Below, one piece after another: positions 27,201 through 39,304 of a stretch of DNA of 64,000 bases. Source of the stretch: Octopus vulgaris (Eukaryota); the NCBI GenBank assembly GCA_951406725.2, contig OX597833.1, positions 40,424,001-40,488,000 of the forward strand, written 5' to 3'. The notes beneath the pieces are model-generated. The model was not told the origin of the DNA and searched no databases. It was given only the letters and a program-made list of their open reading frames with translations. Each line of letters opens with the position of its first letter. Within the stretch, counting starts at the first letter, position 1. Both the position numbers and the translations under genes were made by a program.

Positions 27201-28003
27201 TGATCAAGTGAAACTATGGATATTGTCCTGAGACCTTCCCATTTGTGGTCTAATCCTAGGTCACCTGTCAGTTGACTTGGCTTGAAGAATCTTCCTTGTG
27301 ATCCTTTCTTGAAGCATTCTAACCACATGTCCATAGAACTGGAGCTGTGTGTGTGTGTGTGTGTGTGTGTTCCAAACCACATAGTTCTGGATTCACTTCC
27401 ATTGCATGGCACTTTGGGCAAGTGTCTCCTATGACCTCAGGCTAACCGAGGCCTTGTGAGTGGATTTGGTTAACAGAAACTGAAGGAAGCCCGTCATCAT
27501 TTAACATCCGTTGTCCATGCTGGCATGGGTTGAATGGTTTGACCAGGACTGGCGGCTGGCAAGCTGGAAGGCCACATCAGACTCCAGTCTGTTTTGGCAT
27601 GGTTTTTATGGCTGGATGCTCTTCCTAATGCTAACCGCTCTGAGAGTGTAATGGGTGCTTTTATGTGCCACCAGCACAGGTACCATTTGTGTGAGACCAG
27701 TTTTACTTGGCTTGAAGGGTCTTCTCAAGCACAGCATAATGCCAAATGGACTTGGCCATTGCCTCTATGAGGCCCAGAGTGAAATGTTGTAACAAGGGGT
27801 CATGTGAGAGAGCAAAATTGTTGTAGGAGAGGAAATTAGTCAGCTTCTTTTACATCAATAAGTAAGGTCTCTTTCATTAACCGTTTTGATGCCAACCTTC
27901 CTAGCATGTATTAATCATGCTTTATCTCATAGCTTTCAGATTTTGATGAGGTAACTGTTAATTTTTAGAATGATATTGTAGGGTTGGTGTGAGAGGCCAG
28001 ATT

Positions 28004-28492
28004 CCTCAAGGAATTCTTTCTAACCCATATAAGCATGGAAAAGTGAATGTAAAAATGATGAAGCAATAACTATGGTAATTGGTAATGGTTTAGAGATGTC
28101 GGAGCTTATTTTAAGACAAGTTTTGGGTTGAGATCATCATCTTTTTATCTTTTGCTTGTTTCAGTCATTAGACTGCAGCCATGCTGGGACACCACCTTGA
28201 AAAACTTTTAATCAAATTTAAAACTTACACATTTAGAATTCCATTTCTCATTATAAGCATTTTCATTGTCCTTTTGGGCCTTTCTGTTTCACCTCCATTT
28301 ACCTAACTAGGCAATAGGTACTGGAGGTGGTGTGAAGTAAATTATTTGCATCCAGGAGCAGTAATAGATATCTCTCTTCACATGTTTAACCCTTTAGCAT
28401 TCAGATTATTCTATCATATGTAATGTTTATTTATTCACATTGTTTTGAATTAATCATACATTATCTCATAGCTTTGAGATTTCAATGATGTG
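28004..28492 (+). repeat. ~490-bp local direct duplication, copy 1 (copy 2 at 30506-30979)
   Basis: High identity by eye across both repeat-derived and unique sequence. Confidence 0.92.
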
Positions 28493-29089
28493 ATTGTTTA
28501 TTTTTAGAATGACATTGTAGGGTTGGTGTGAGAGGCCAGTTTTGATCAGTTTGAGCATAAAACAGAATATTTTGGCCAGATATGGCTGGTTTAAATGCTA
28601 AAGGGTTTGATGTAAATTAAAACTTTCCAATAAAATTTCATGTTAATAACCATTTGATGTTTAAAAAATCCTTTTGATCAATGTTGTTTTAGCCATGGCC
28701 ATTTTTTTAAAGTTTTTTTTTTAAGATTTCATGTGTCTAATGAGGGTAGGGTATAATTTGAGGGAGATTTGACTGATTTCTAGCAGGTTAAGCAACAACA
28801 TAGACCCCCATATTGCTAGATATGAAGTATTTAACACTGTTGTTGTTTAACCCCCGAAGTCAATAGATCTCTGAAGTGCATTCCAGCTATAATCTCATTA
28901 TCCAACGTATTATTTCCTTAGACGGTGGGGATGTGATTTGAGAGAGATGTGGCTGCTATTTTAACCATGTAGAAGCACCTTCATGTAATTGTGGTAAGAT
29001 TCGTGGTGATGGAGAAGGTGAGATGGGAGGTAAGACCCTGAATGTTGCTAAAGATTTTTTTAACCCTTCTCTCTTAATTTCTGTTACAG

Positions 29090-29199
29090 GCTGCAGACAC
29101 ATTGGCTGTACGACAGAAACGACGGATATACGACATCACAAATGTTTTAGAAGGAATCGGGTTAATAGAAAAGAAATCAAAAAACAGTATCCAATGGAA
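29090..29199 (+). CDS. E2F4/5: E2F4/5-like paralog A, coding exon 2 ([37 protein letters not shown])
   Basis: Contains the [16 protein letters not shown] signature; pyrimidine tract plus TTACAG acceptor, GTAAGT donor at 29200; frame continuous with exon 1. Confidence 0.97.
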
Positions 29200-29569
29200 G
29201 TAAGTTTCTTTTTTTTGCTTTTAAATAAATATGGTATATGCAGGTGTGGCCGTGTCGATAAGAAGCTTGCTCCATAAACATATTCTTTCTGGTTCAGTTC
29301 CTTGGGTGTCTTCTAATGCCCTGGGCCAACCAAAGCCTTGTGAGTGGATTTGGTGGACAGAAACTGAAAGAAGCCCGTTGTATATATATTTGTGTGTGTG
29401 TATAAATTTTCTGTATCATTTGTACTCAGTGTAAGTCAGACTTATTGATATAAATATCTATATTTTAATACACCTGAAAATTTCTACCCTTTGCTTTCCC
29501 TTGTTTTGCATATATACATATATACATATTTTGTATTTGATGAATTTAATATATTTAATGTGTGTAATT

Positions 29570-29782
29570 CAGTGTTTCTCAACCAGAGTTCTGCAAAAGG
29601 TTCCTAGGGGTTCCGCAAGAAAGAGTGAAATAAGCTAATGCTAATTTCATGATCGTAATATTACTATACATGTACAACATATTGTTGGTTATTGTAATAT
29701 AGACATCGTCTTGTCTAACTTATTATCAAAAAAATATAACAACCATTGGGGATATATTTAGTGATGTCTGTAACTTATGGAC

Positions 29783-29828
<46 letters not shown>

Positions 29829-29959
29829 ATTTACTATGTGAACTATGTTGAAAAAATATGAGAAAGATATGATATATAATTTTTTTTTGTGCTGGGGTTC
29901 TGTGAGACATGTAATACATTTTAAGGGTTATGCAAGGGTAAAAAGGTTGAGAAACACTG
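29570..29959. mobile_element. hAT-type MITE
   Basis: TIR CAGTGTTTCTCAACC / GGTTGAGAAACACTG; 8-bp TSD GTGTAATT / GTCTAATT. Confidence 0.85.
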
Positions 29960-30301
29960 GTCTAATTTGTCTATCTGCATAATTGCCTATATATATATAT
30001 ATATATATATATTAACACACTATTGCTAAATTTTGTTACTTTAAAAAGTATGTAAAAAGCACCCACTACACTCTTGGAGTGGTTGGCATTAGGAAGAGCA
30101 TCCAGCTGTAGAAACTCTGCTAGATCAAGATTGGGGCCTGGTGCAGCCATCTGGTTCGCCAGCCCTCAGTCAAAATCCCCCAACCCATGCTAGCATGGAA
30201 AGCGGACATTAAATGATGATGATGATATATAATTAATCTAAGCAGTTAGGTGCAGTGTGATACCATAAAGGAAAAATTCAATCATTAAGTGTGATTAAAC
30301 A

Positions 30302-30351
<50 letters not shown>

Positions 30352-31151
30352 GTGTTTGTCTATATGTACCTGGGTCTTGACATCATATGACAGGTGTAAA
30401 TCAGTCTTCTGTGAAACACATCTGGCCATAGCAGAATATTACCTTGCTTGGAAAAAAAAAAGTGAAGGTTGGTGGCAGCAAGAGCATGCAGTTTTAGAAA
30501 ATCTGCCTCAAGGAATTCTGTCTAACCCATACAAGCATGGAAAAGTGAATGTAAAAATGATGAAACAATGACTATGATAATTGGCAATGGTTTAGAGATG
30601 TTGGAGCTTATTTTACGACAAGTTTTAGGTTGAGATCCTCATCTTTTTATCTTTCACTTGTTTCAGCCATGCTGGGGCACCACTTTAAGTAATTTTAATC
30701 AAATTTAAAACTTACACTTTTAGAATTCCATTTCTCGTTATAAGCATTTTCATTATCCTTTTGGGCCTCTCTGTTTCACCTCCATTTACCTAACTAGGCA
30801 ATAGGTACTGGAGGTGGAGTGAAGTAAATTATTTGCATCCAGGAGCAGTAATAGATATCTTTCTTCACATGTTTAACCCTTTAGCATTCAGATTATTCTA
30901 TCATATGTAATGTTTATTTATTCACATTGTTTTGAATTAATCATACATTATCTCATAGCTTTGAGATTTCATTGATGTGTACAATGACACTCTAGATTAG
31001 ATGTGAAAAGCTGTACATGGCCAGTTTTAACATAAAGCGAGGAGGAGATTTGGGCTGGATGTGTCCAGTTTAACTGCAAAAGTGTTATAATGTTGTCGTG
31101 CTATTGAAGTCTTAATATTAGTCCTGTTTTAATACATACTCTCTTTCTCAG

Positions 31152-31309
31152 AGGAGCAGGTCCAGGCTGCACTTCCAAGGAAATATCCAATCGGCTTTCA
31201 ATTTTAAAGAACGAAACTTCCAGGTTGGACCAGCAGGAGAAGGCCCTCGACTCTCATAAGAGCTGTATACAACAAAGTATTAAAAATATCACTGAAGAAG
31301 CATCCAACA
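31152..31309 (+). CDS. E2F4/5: E2F4/5-like paralog A, coding exon 3 (GAGPGCTSKEISNRLSILKNE...CIQQSIKNITEEASN), DP-dimerisation coiled coil
   Basis: CTTTCTCAG acceptor; GAGPGC and QQSIKNITE motifs typical of E2F4/5; the 3' end is 31309 (GTAAAT donor) or 31313 (ATATCA U12-like donor). Confidence 0.9.
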
Positions 31310-32656
31310 GTAAATATCATTTTTTTGTTTTTGTTTTGTTTGGTAATCTGATGGACATGTTATTGTTTTGTGTGGTGGGTGTTTGTGGATTGGATTGTTT
31401 TGATTGTTGGATACCATAGAGAAAAAGGCATTGAGCACTTGGTGATAACAGGGAAACGAAAAGAAAGAAGCTGCTAAGAAAGAGAGAGAAGATATGCAAT
31501 GGCTTTACCAGCTGGAATCAGAGAGACTAGCTCAATAACATGGGCTGATTGCATGTGTGATAAGAGAGAAGGAGCTCCATGGTTGCTGATTGGCTGTAGG
31601 CATGGCACAGAAAAAATTGTGTTTATAATAGTGATGAGGTGTGAGAAGGACAGAGGTGATTACTGCATTGCCTCAAATCAGCCCTGATTAAGAAAATCCA
31701 GTCAAAGGTGTTTCAGTTTTGACTATCCCATTTTTTTTGTATTTTCAAGATTACTTTATCCAACATGTTCTTTTTCTTTTTTTTTCTTTTTTCAAGATGG
31801 TAAAGTGTTTTGTGAAGCAGTTTTGGTCAAATAATCATAGATTCCCTCAGTGATTTGTGTATATATGTATGTTTATACAGTAGCTACAATATAGTAATCA
31901 TCATCATCATCATCATCCAGTGTTTTAAATCTAGGTTTTGTTCCTGTTAACAGGGATGGCTGGATCTACCTCAATGCCATAGCAACTGAGGTAGGTAGGT
32001 GCAACCCACCCCAAACTTTGGGCTGGCTGGTGCCCATTCTCCTTTGCTATCATGAGGCTTTCTTAGAGCTGGATTTTCTTCAGGGAGCATGCCCTTGCTT
32101 ACCCCCAACCTCAGTATCTAGACTTGAGTGGTCCCGAGACTGAGGCCTCTACCACGATTTTTAAAGAATGTGGTGGTAAACTAGCTCAGGAAGGTAGGGA
32201 TGCTACTCCCTGAGACCCCTTTCAGAGCTCCCCTCCCTACCTATAATGAATGTGAGAAAAACTGCTTTATGGTACTGGAAGCATCTACTCCAGGCAAATT
32301 GTAGCATCCCAATGCTTTCCACTTACTCAGCCTGTGCTGAGCCTTGAACTATCAAATGGACTGACTGAGTCACCAACAATGAAGTCTTGCTTGATTCATG
32401 CCCCGACACCAAGCCTTCTCATCTTACTTTGATAATGATGCCTTTGGTAGTTGGGCCACATATGCTGCATGTTAGATGAGAGGATCATAAAGACTTGCTG
32501 TACAAGTAACTGACCTCCAGTAAGAGAACATAAAGACAACTGCCATCTTCATTTCAAAAACGACAACAGACACGTGTCCTCTCTATATGAACATTGAAAG
32601 GTGGGAAGACATTGTTAGTGATCTTGTTGTAGACTGGAACTAAACAAGGGTTTAAC

Positions 32657-32876
32657 CCTTTAGTGTTCAGATTATTCTGCCAAATGTAATACTTATTAAT
32701 TCATATTGTTTTTAACTAATCAAGCATTATCTTGTCACTTCAAGATTTTGATAATGTGGTCATTTATTTTTAGAATGACATTATAGAGTAAATGGGGGAG
32801 GCCAGATCTGTCCAGTTTAAACATAAAACAGATGGAATAATTTGGCCAGATTATGGCTGGTTCAAATGCTAAAGGG
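32657..32876. mobile_element. ~220-bp TTAA-flanked (piggyBac-type) MITE family
   Basis: TTAACCCTTTAG ... CTAAAGGGTTAA; copies near 20072, 21268, 28386, 30873 and 60541. Confidence 0.8.
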
Positions 32877-32942
32877 TTAAAAACAAGAAGAGAAGCCAAA
32901 GCTTGCCAAACAAAACCAGGAAAATAGCACCAGGACAATACT

Positions 32943-33170
32943 TATTTCTTTATTGCCCACAAGGAGCTAAACATAGAGGGGACAAACAAGGACAGACAAA
33001 GGGATTAAGTCGATTATATTGACCCCAGTACGCAACTGGTGCTTAATTTATCGACCCTGAAAGGATGAAAGGCAAAGTCGACCTTGGCGGAATTTGAACT
33101 CAGAACGTAACAGCAGACGAAATCCCACTAAGCATTTCGCCCGGCGTGCTAACATTTCTACCAGCTTGCT
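32943..33170 (-). mobile_element. SINE family A, monomer
   Basis: 16-bp TSD GCACCAGGACAATACT (32927-32942 / 33171-33186). Confidence 0.88.
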
Positions 33171-34081
33171 GCACCAGGACAATACTGGTTGGCAATACCT
33201 TCGAAAGCAGTCACTGCAACTGGAACTCTCATTTACATGTGGGTCTCTGCAGTCACAACAGACACTGTTTTACCACAAAGACAGGTCTATAGCAGGTCTT
33301 TCTATGCACAAACTCATGGTGTTGTGAAATAACTCTTTATTTTTGACAAACTGGAATATACTAATATCCTTGATTGGGGATATTTCTTCACTTTTACATT
33401 TTTCTGACTTCTCTCACTCTGATGATGGAATACTTAGCTCATATGGAATCCTTACTCAATATCACAATCCACTTGCTTGACTATTCTAGAAACAACTGGA
33501 AGAAACTTTCTATGTTCATATTTTCTCTCTAAATTAAATGGGGTTTTTTTTCAAGTGATGCCATATGCTTTGTGTTTTCACTTTTATTTCAATACAGTGT
33601 GTGTGTATGTTAATATTCCATGTCTTCACTTGGCAGCATTTGAGCAAAGAAAAAATGTACTGTTACGCTTTTGACTTGTAATGACGAGAAATAATTTTTA
33701 AAAAATCCTTTACTTGACAAACCGCTGGGAGTTGATGATAGGAAGAGCACCCAGCCATGAAATACTACTAAATATTCATGCGTAACTGGTACTTAATTTA
33801 TCGACCCTGAAAGGATGAAAAGCAAAGTTGACCTCAGCGGAATTTGAACTCAGAACGTAACGGCAGACGAAATACGGGTACACATTTCGCCTGGCGTTCT
33901 AACGTTTCTGCCAGCTCACCGCCTTCTTTATGTTATGTATGATGAAATAAGTGCCAGTTATGCACTGGTGTTGATGTAATTGACTAACCCCGTCTCTCAA
34001 AGTTTCAGGCCTTTTGCCTATAGCAGAAAGGCTTATTATTTAAAATATTAAAGCAAACTCTACTTCAATGTTCTTTTACAG

Positions 34082-34197
34082 ATACCAAGATGGCCTATGT
34101 AAGTTATGAAGATGTTTGTAGTGTTTTTCCTGGGAGTATCTTGTTATCTGTACAGGCACCATCAGGGACACAACTTGGAGTACCACTACCAGAAATA
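34082..34197 (+). CDS. E2F4/5: E2F4/5-like paralog A, coding exon 4 (TKMAYVSYEDVCSVFPGSILLSVQAPSGTQLGVPLPEI), marked box
   Basis: AYV..ED.C..F...LL.V.APSGT.L.VP marked-box motif; TTTTACAG acceptor, GTAAGT donor at 34198; the 5' boundary could alternatively be 34086. Confidence 0.9.
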
Positions 34198-34990
34198 GTA
34201 AGTGGCAAAAATTCTTATTGTGTAAATGTCTTAAGGTGAGTTGTATTACTAAAATACTATAATTATAATTTTTCTGGGTACTAGTTGGGGGGGGGGGGTA
34301 AATTTTTTAAGGAAAATTTCACTTCAGCATGATCAAATAACTCACTGTTATTGGCATGTGGATTAACTTATAAGATACTGAGTAGGTTGGTTGATGTTTC
34401 AGTTTTAGCAATCTATAATAATTTGTATTTGGGGGCACATTATAGATGTAGGCATGACAGTGTAGTTAAAACGTTTGCTTCGTTATCTTGTGTCAAGTGT
34501 TCAAGTCTGGTGCATGGCACAATGGCCAAGTGTCTTCTACCATAACTTTGAGTTATTTCAAACCTTGTTTGTGAAGGTGGATAAAAACTGTGGAAGCTCA
34601 TTAAATGGTTTGTGCCTATTTTGAAGTAGTATACTTAATATGTTGCATGAGCTAACACCACATACACTCACCACCTTTGAATGCTTTTAATGGAGTACAC
34701 TGTTTTATATCCCTTGTCTGAGGATAACAAGCTTCCTTCTTAGTCTTAGGAGACATTTGTAAAAAAAAAAATTATGGTTATATAATGTTTACAAATATTG
34801 TCATAGGCACAGGTGTGACTCTGTGGTAAGAAGCTTGCTTCCCAACCACATAGTTCCAGTTTCAGTCCCACTGCAGGGCACCTTGAGCAAGTGTATTTTA
34901 TAGCCTCGGGCCGACCAAAGCTTTGGAGTGGATTTGGTAGATGGAAACTGAAAGAAGCCCATTGTGTGTGTGTGTTTATGTGTGTGTTTA

Positions 34991-35050
<60 letters not shown>

Positions 35051-36162
35051 ATATGTGTCTTTGTGTTTGTCTTCCACCACCACTTGACAACCGGTGTCAG
35101 TGTGTTTATATCCCCATAACTTAGTGGTTTGACAGAAGAGACTGATAGAATAAGTACTGGGGTCAGTTCGTTCAGCTAAAAATTCTTCAGTGCAATGCCC
35201 CAGCATGGCTGCAGTCTAATGACTGAAACAAGTAAAAAATAAATTTATTTTCTATCATACAATTGAGAAGAAACAATTTTTGTGGATAGAAAATTTTAAT
35301 GGATTTATGCCTGATTTTCTGAAATGAGATATCTCTAAAACTGTTTGAATTTCTGATCACTGGTTATTATCTATTGTACCTCTGTTCTTTAAACTATTTT
35401 CTTAGCTTCATTCGCCAGTCATCAAATACCTTATTTCTTCATACATAACATAATCTTAGACTAAGGTCTTAAACATGCCCCTCCCCTTATTTTTAATGCA
35501 GAAACGCAATGCTGCCCTGATGGATTTAAATTTCTCATTTTAAAGTATCTTGCATGCGCATGCATGCACACATACACATACATGCCCTTTTGCCTACAGA
35601 CCTCTGTAATTTCTCTTTTACTCAGGTGGACCCTCATAAATGTTCAATGTTTAAAATAGTTCCTATTGTATTTTTATAATTAAATATTAGGAATTGTATA
35701 AAATATTAAAATATTTTGTGTATTATAGAAATATAACCAATTTATTGCACAAATCTTAACAAAATCTTTTGTGGACCCCAGTTGAGAACTACTGATGTAA
35801 ATTAAACAAATATTGTATTTTATTGAATAGTCATATAACATACAGCTACATGTACATTGATGTAAATTAATGTGGGTTATAAGAGGTTTTGGATCATCAG
35901 TGTTTAGAAAGTCTTGATCATAGTCTATTTGACTCAGTTTCCACACACACACACACACACACTCTTTCTCTCTCCCCACCCCTCTCTTTTATTTACAATG
36001 CTGGAGTTATGAGAAGATTATGTCTGAAGAAAATATTTGTTCAAAGTGCCATAAAGTGAGATTAACTTAGGGATGTCATAATTGCAAAGTGAACTGCTTG
36101 ACCATTTACTCATAGTGCACACACAGATACATACAACAGAGCTGTTGAAGATTTTCATGAAA

Positions 36163-36505
36163 GTAAAGTAAAGACTCCCTTTGGTCATGAATGACCATGA
36201 GATTGCACTTAGAAAGTTCCCCTCCAAGGCACAAGTCCAGGCAAGGTTGTTTATGGAAGACCAGCAGTCACCCATGCGTCCCAGCCTCCTCTCTTCATGC
36301 CATTGATGTTATCCAAGAGAAAGGCAGAGGCCAATACAGTTTGGTACCAGTGACATTGCAACTCATTTCTAAAACTGAGTGAACTGGAGCAATGTGAAAT
36401 AAAGTGTCTTGCTCAAGAACACAATACACTTCCTGGTCCAGGAATTGAACTCACTATCGCATGATTGTGAGTCTGATTTTCTAACCACTGAACCATGTGC
36501 CTTCA
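36163..36505 (-). mobile_element. tRNA-derived SINE family D with a (TTTAC)n tail
   Basis: TGGTTCAGTGGTTAG A box and GAGTTCAATTCC B box on the minus strand; similar heads near 19930 and 56230. Confidence 0.7.
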
Positions 36506-36600
36506 TGAAATACACCTATCAGAATGCATTTCAGGACAGAAGAATACATGATAGAGTTAATGTGGATGCATTTATACAAATATATATATATATATATATA

Positions 36601-36815
36601 CATGGTGTCCCAGAAGTTGCGCACCACTCTGGTTTTTTAAAAGAATACACCCTTATTGATTTCAAAAACACGTTATTGAAATTAATTGTAACAAATGCTC
36701 AAATTGAGCACCCTCTACAATAAAACATGCAGAAAAAAATGTAATAAAATAAAATAAAATGCTTTAATTATTTTAAATGTAAACCAGAATGGTGCATGAC
36801 TTCTGGGACACCCTG
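36601..36815. mobile_element. Tc1/mariner-type MITE in a (TA)n tract
   Basis: TIR CATGGTGTCCCAGAAGT / ACTTCTGGGACACCCTG, TA flanks. Confidence 0.8.
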
Positions 36816-36852
<37 letters not shown>

Positions 36853-37973
36853 AGCTAGACATTTTAAAGAATCCCATCATAGAAAATGCTGTGCAAAACA
36901 ACATGAAGTAGGATTACACGCACATAAACCACCTCTGGGAATTTCTTTGACATGTGCTTGTCAAGGTACTTTTGTAAGAGAAGATTGCTTTTATTTGCCT
37001 TCCCTTTACAGGTTACCATGAACATTTTTGTTAATCCACTTGTGGGACATAAAGGCACAAGCTGGGCAACGTTTTTTTATGGAAACCCAGCAGATACCCA
37101 TGCATTCAAGTTACTCCTGATCCCTTGCATTCAAGTTACTCCACTATACACCACATACACTGTCCAAGGGAATAGCAAGGGCCAGTACAATTTGGCACCA
37201 GTGTCATCACAACCATTGCAGAAAGAATCCAAAGATCCAGAACAAATACCAGAAGGCATCCAACATTGACTATTCTCTCAATAAGGAGAAAGCTGACCTT
37301 GGGATTTACACCAAGGGTGCTGAACCTGAACAAATATGACAGTGTCTCTGGCAATTTGTTCTCTCTTTCATTCCTGCTCTCATTTCCTCTCTCTCTCAGT
37401 TTACCCACTTTCCAATCTCTGGTCCACTCTACTATATACACCACCTTGAAACTTGGGTGTATGGTCCCTGTCTCTTCTCTTGTCACATCTACACCATTTT
37501 TCTTTCCTCGCTCCCTCTCTTCTCCATCTGAGGAAGCCATGTCTGTCTTCTGATGCAAGACACCTTTCTGTCCTTCAGTACAACTCCCTCCACCCATTTG
37601 AGGAATCTTGTCCTGCAAGTTACTTGGTGACCTCACTGTTGCTGGTGCTGTATAAAAAGCACCCAGTACACTCTGTAAAGTGGGTGGTGTTAGGAAACGT
37701 ATCCAACTGTAAAGAGTTTGGTGTAATCTTTTGGCTTGCCTGTTCTTGTCAAACCATCTCAACCTATGCAAACATGGAAAACTGGGCAGTAAATGATGAT
37801 GATTCTGATGGTTCCCTCCCTCTTTTTCCCTCTCATAATCACAAATACACATGCATACACACATCTAATGGAAATTTTAATTTTCTTTTTATATCTATTT
37901 GTCCATTGCATTTTTGTAGAGTCTGGCATTAAAAGCAATATCTTAATATTTTTTTGAATTATTTTTTTTTTAG

Positions 37974-38198
37974 GGCCCAGGTGTCTTAAGGAAGTACCAA
38001 ATCCATTTGAAGAGTACATCTGGTCCCATCAATGTAATGCTGGTGAATAAAGATACAGACACTTCAATTCCTGAAGTTGTCCAAGTTCCACCATACCATG
38101 ATGATAAGAAGATGGAGATATCCCAGAAACAGATGTTGATACCTGCTGTCAACAGTGTGAAGTCTCCCTTAAAGACTCCACACAAACAGCTAAGAAAG
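37974..38198 (+). CDS. E2F4/5: E2F4/5-like paralog A, coding exon 5 (GPGVLRKYQIHLKSTSGPINVMLVNKD...SPLKTPHKQLRK)
   Basis: KYQIHLKS.SGPI.V.LVNK motif; poly-T plus AG acceptor; AAG|GTATAT donor; 225 nt, phase 0-0. Confidence 0.9.
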
Positions 38199-38504
38199 GT
38201 ATATCTTTGCGTTTTAAGAAATTTAGAAAAGCTTTTAGACTTTGTGCACATTCATAGGTATAGGAGTGGCTGTGTGGTAAGTAGCTTGCTTACCAATCAC
38301 ATGGTTCTGGGTTCGGTTTCACTGTAAGTGGAACCCCCTCCTTTTTTGATAACAAACACTCCAGTTCAATTAATAAATTTTTTTTATTCCTTTTGTGTGA
38401 GTATTCCACTGGCACTTGTGCCTGTAACTTATTTTTCAGACAGAATCTGTGCAACACTGTTGTGGGACAAGGTGACCATTTGAATTACATTTGGTCATAG
38501 ACAT

Positions 38505-38841
38505 CTATCTATCCGCTCAGTCGAAGTCGACTCTCGGTTACTCGATGGATCAGTGTCCTCCAGTCAGTTCTATCCTGGGCTGCTTCTTTCAGATTGGCTC
38601 TGTCCATTCCGGTATCACTCTTGATGGTGTCAAGCCAGCGGGTTCTTGGTCGGCCTCTTCCTCTCTTAGCCCGGGGGTCCCACTGTTTGGTACCATCATA
38701 TTAGAATTCTTACACTTTTGATCCATAGAGTATATTGGCCAGGTCTTTCCCCAGGCCAGAGCTGTTTAGCCAGCATACTTACCATATGCCGTTGCCAACC
38801 CCAGCACCACGGTGAGGAGAATGGTTGGGCTTTGGAAGAGG
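38505..38841 (-). mobile_element. Short bipartite non-autonomous RTE derivative
   Basis: The minus strand ends in KRGRGRPRTRWLDTIKSDTG...LKEAAQDRTDWRTLIHRVTESRLRLSG* plus (ATAG)n; imperfect 12-bp TSD GGTCATAGACAT / GTTCTTAGACAT. Confidence 0.82.
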
Positions 38842-39210
38842 GTTCTTAGACATATTAATACATATATACATGCAGACCTGCATACACACACTCTTTACAT
38901 GGCACCAGCACAGATTTTATAGACTAATCCTCTTCATCAGGGAGAGCAGCATAAATACTTACACTGTGGTGGATGGGTTTTCTTAAGTACAGCAAGATAC
39001 CAGATCCTTGGCCTTTGTCACCTCTAAGGTTCAGTGCCCTGAGATCAACCTTTGTCCCATGTCTTCCTGGGTCTCCTCACACAAGTAGAAGGAATGAAAT
39101 AAGTAAATAAATAAATGTCTAAATAAAACCTACTAATTGGAAATAGAATCATGTGATGTCATTATAATTAACTTTTTTTTTCTTGTCCTCACCCTCCTAT
39201 TATTTTTCAG

Positions 39211-39304
39211 AAATCTCCTCTGAAAACACCTCTTTCACCTGTGAACCGAATGACCACACGATCATCACCACGCAAAATGTCTCAACCCTATACGAATATA
39301 TTAC
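39211..39304 (+). CDS. E2F4/5: E2F4/5-like paralog A, coding exon 6 (KSPLKTPLSPVNRMTTRSSPRKMSQPYTNIL)
   Basis: TATTTTTCAG acceptor, C|GTATGT donor, open in the required frame and phase-compatible with its neighbours; low-conservation region. Confidence 0.72.

Noticed and set aside
31960-32645. GC-richer block in intron 3, possibly a retroelement relic or nested exon
   Set aside because: The frame I translated has stops, the ORF track shows nothing here, and I recognise no motif; needs a database search
36952-37269. ORF after a good acceptor (CCCTTTACAG, 37011) in E2F intron 4
   Set aside because: No E2F similarity, partly repeat-derived, and exon 4 joins exon 5 without a gap in the domain
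37136-37864. Longest ORF in the track (242 aa, minus strand)
   Set aside because: Runs through the RTE 3'UTR repeat and low-complexity DNA with no recognisable domain
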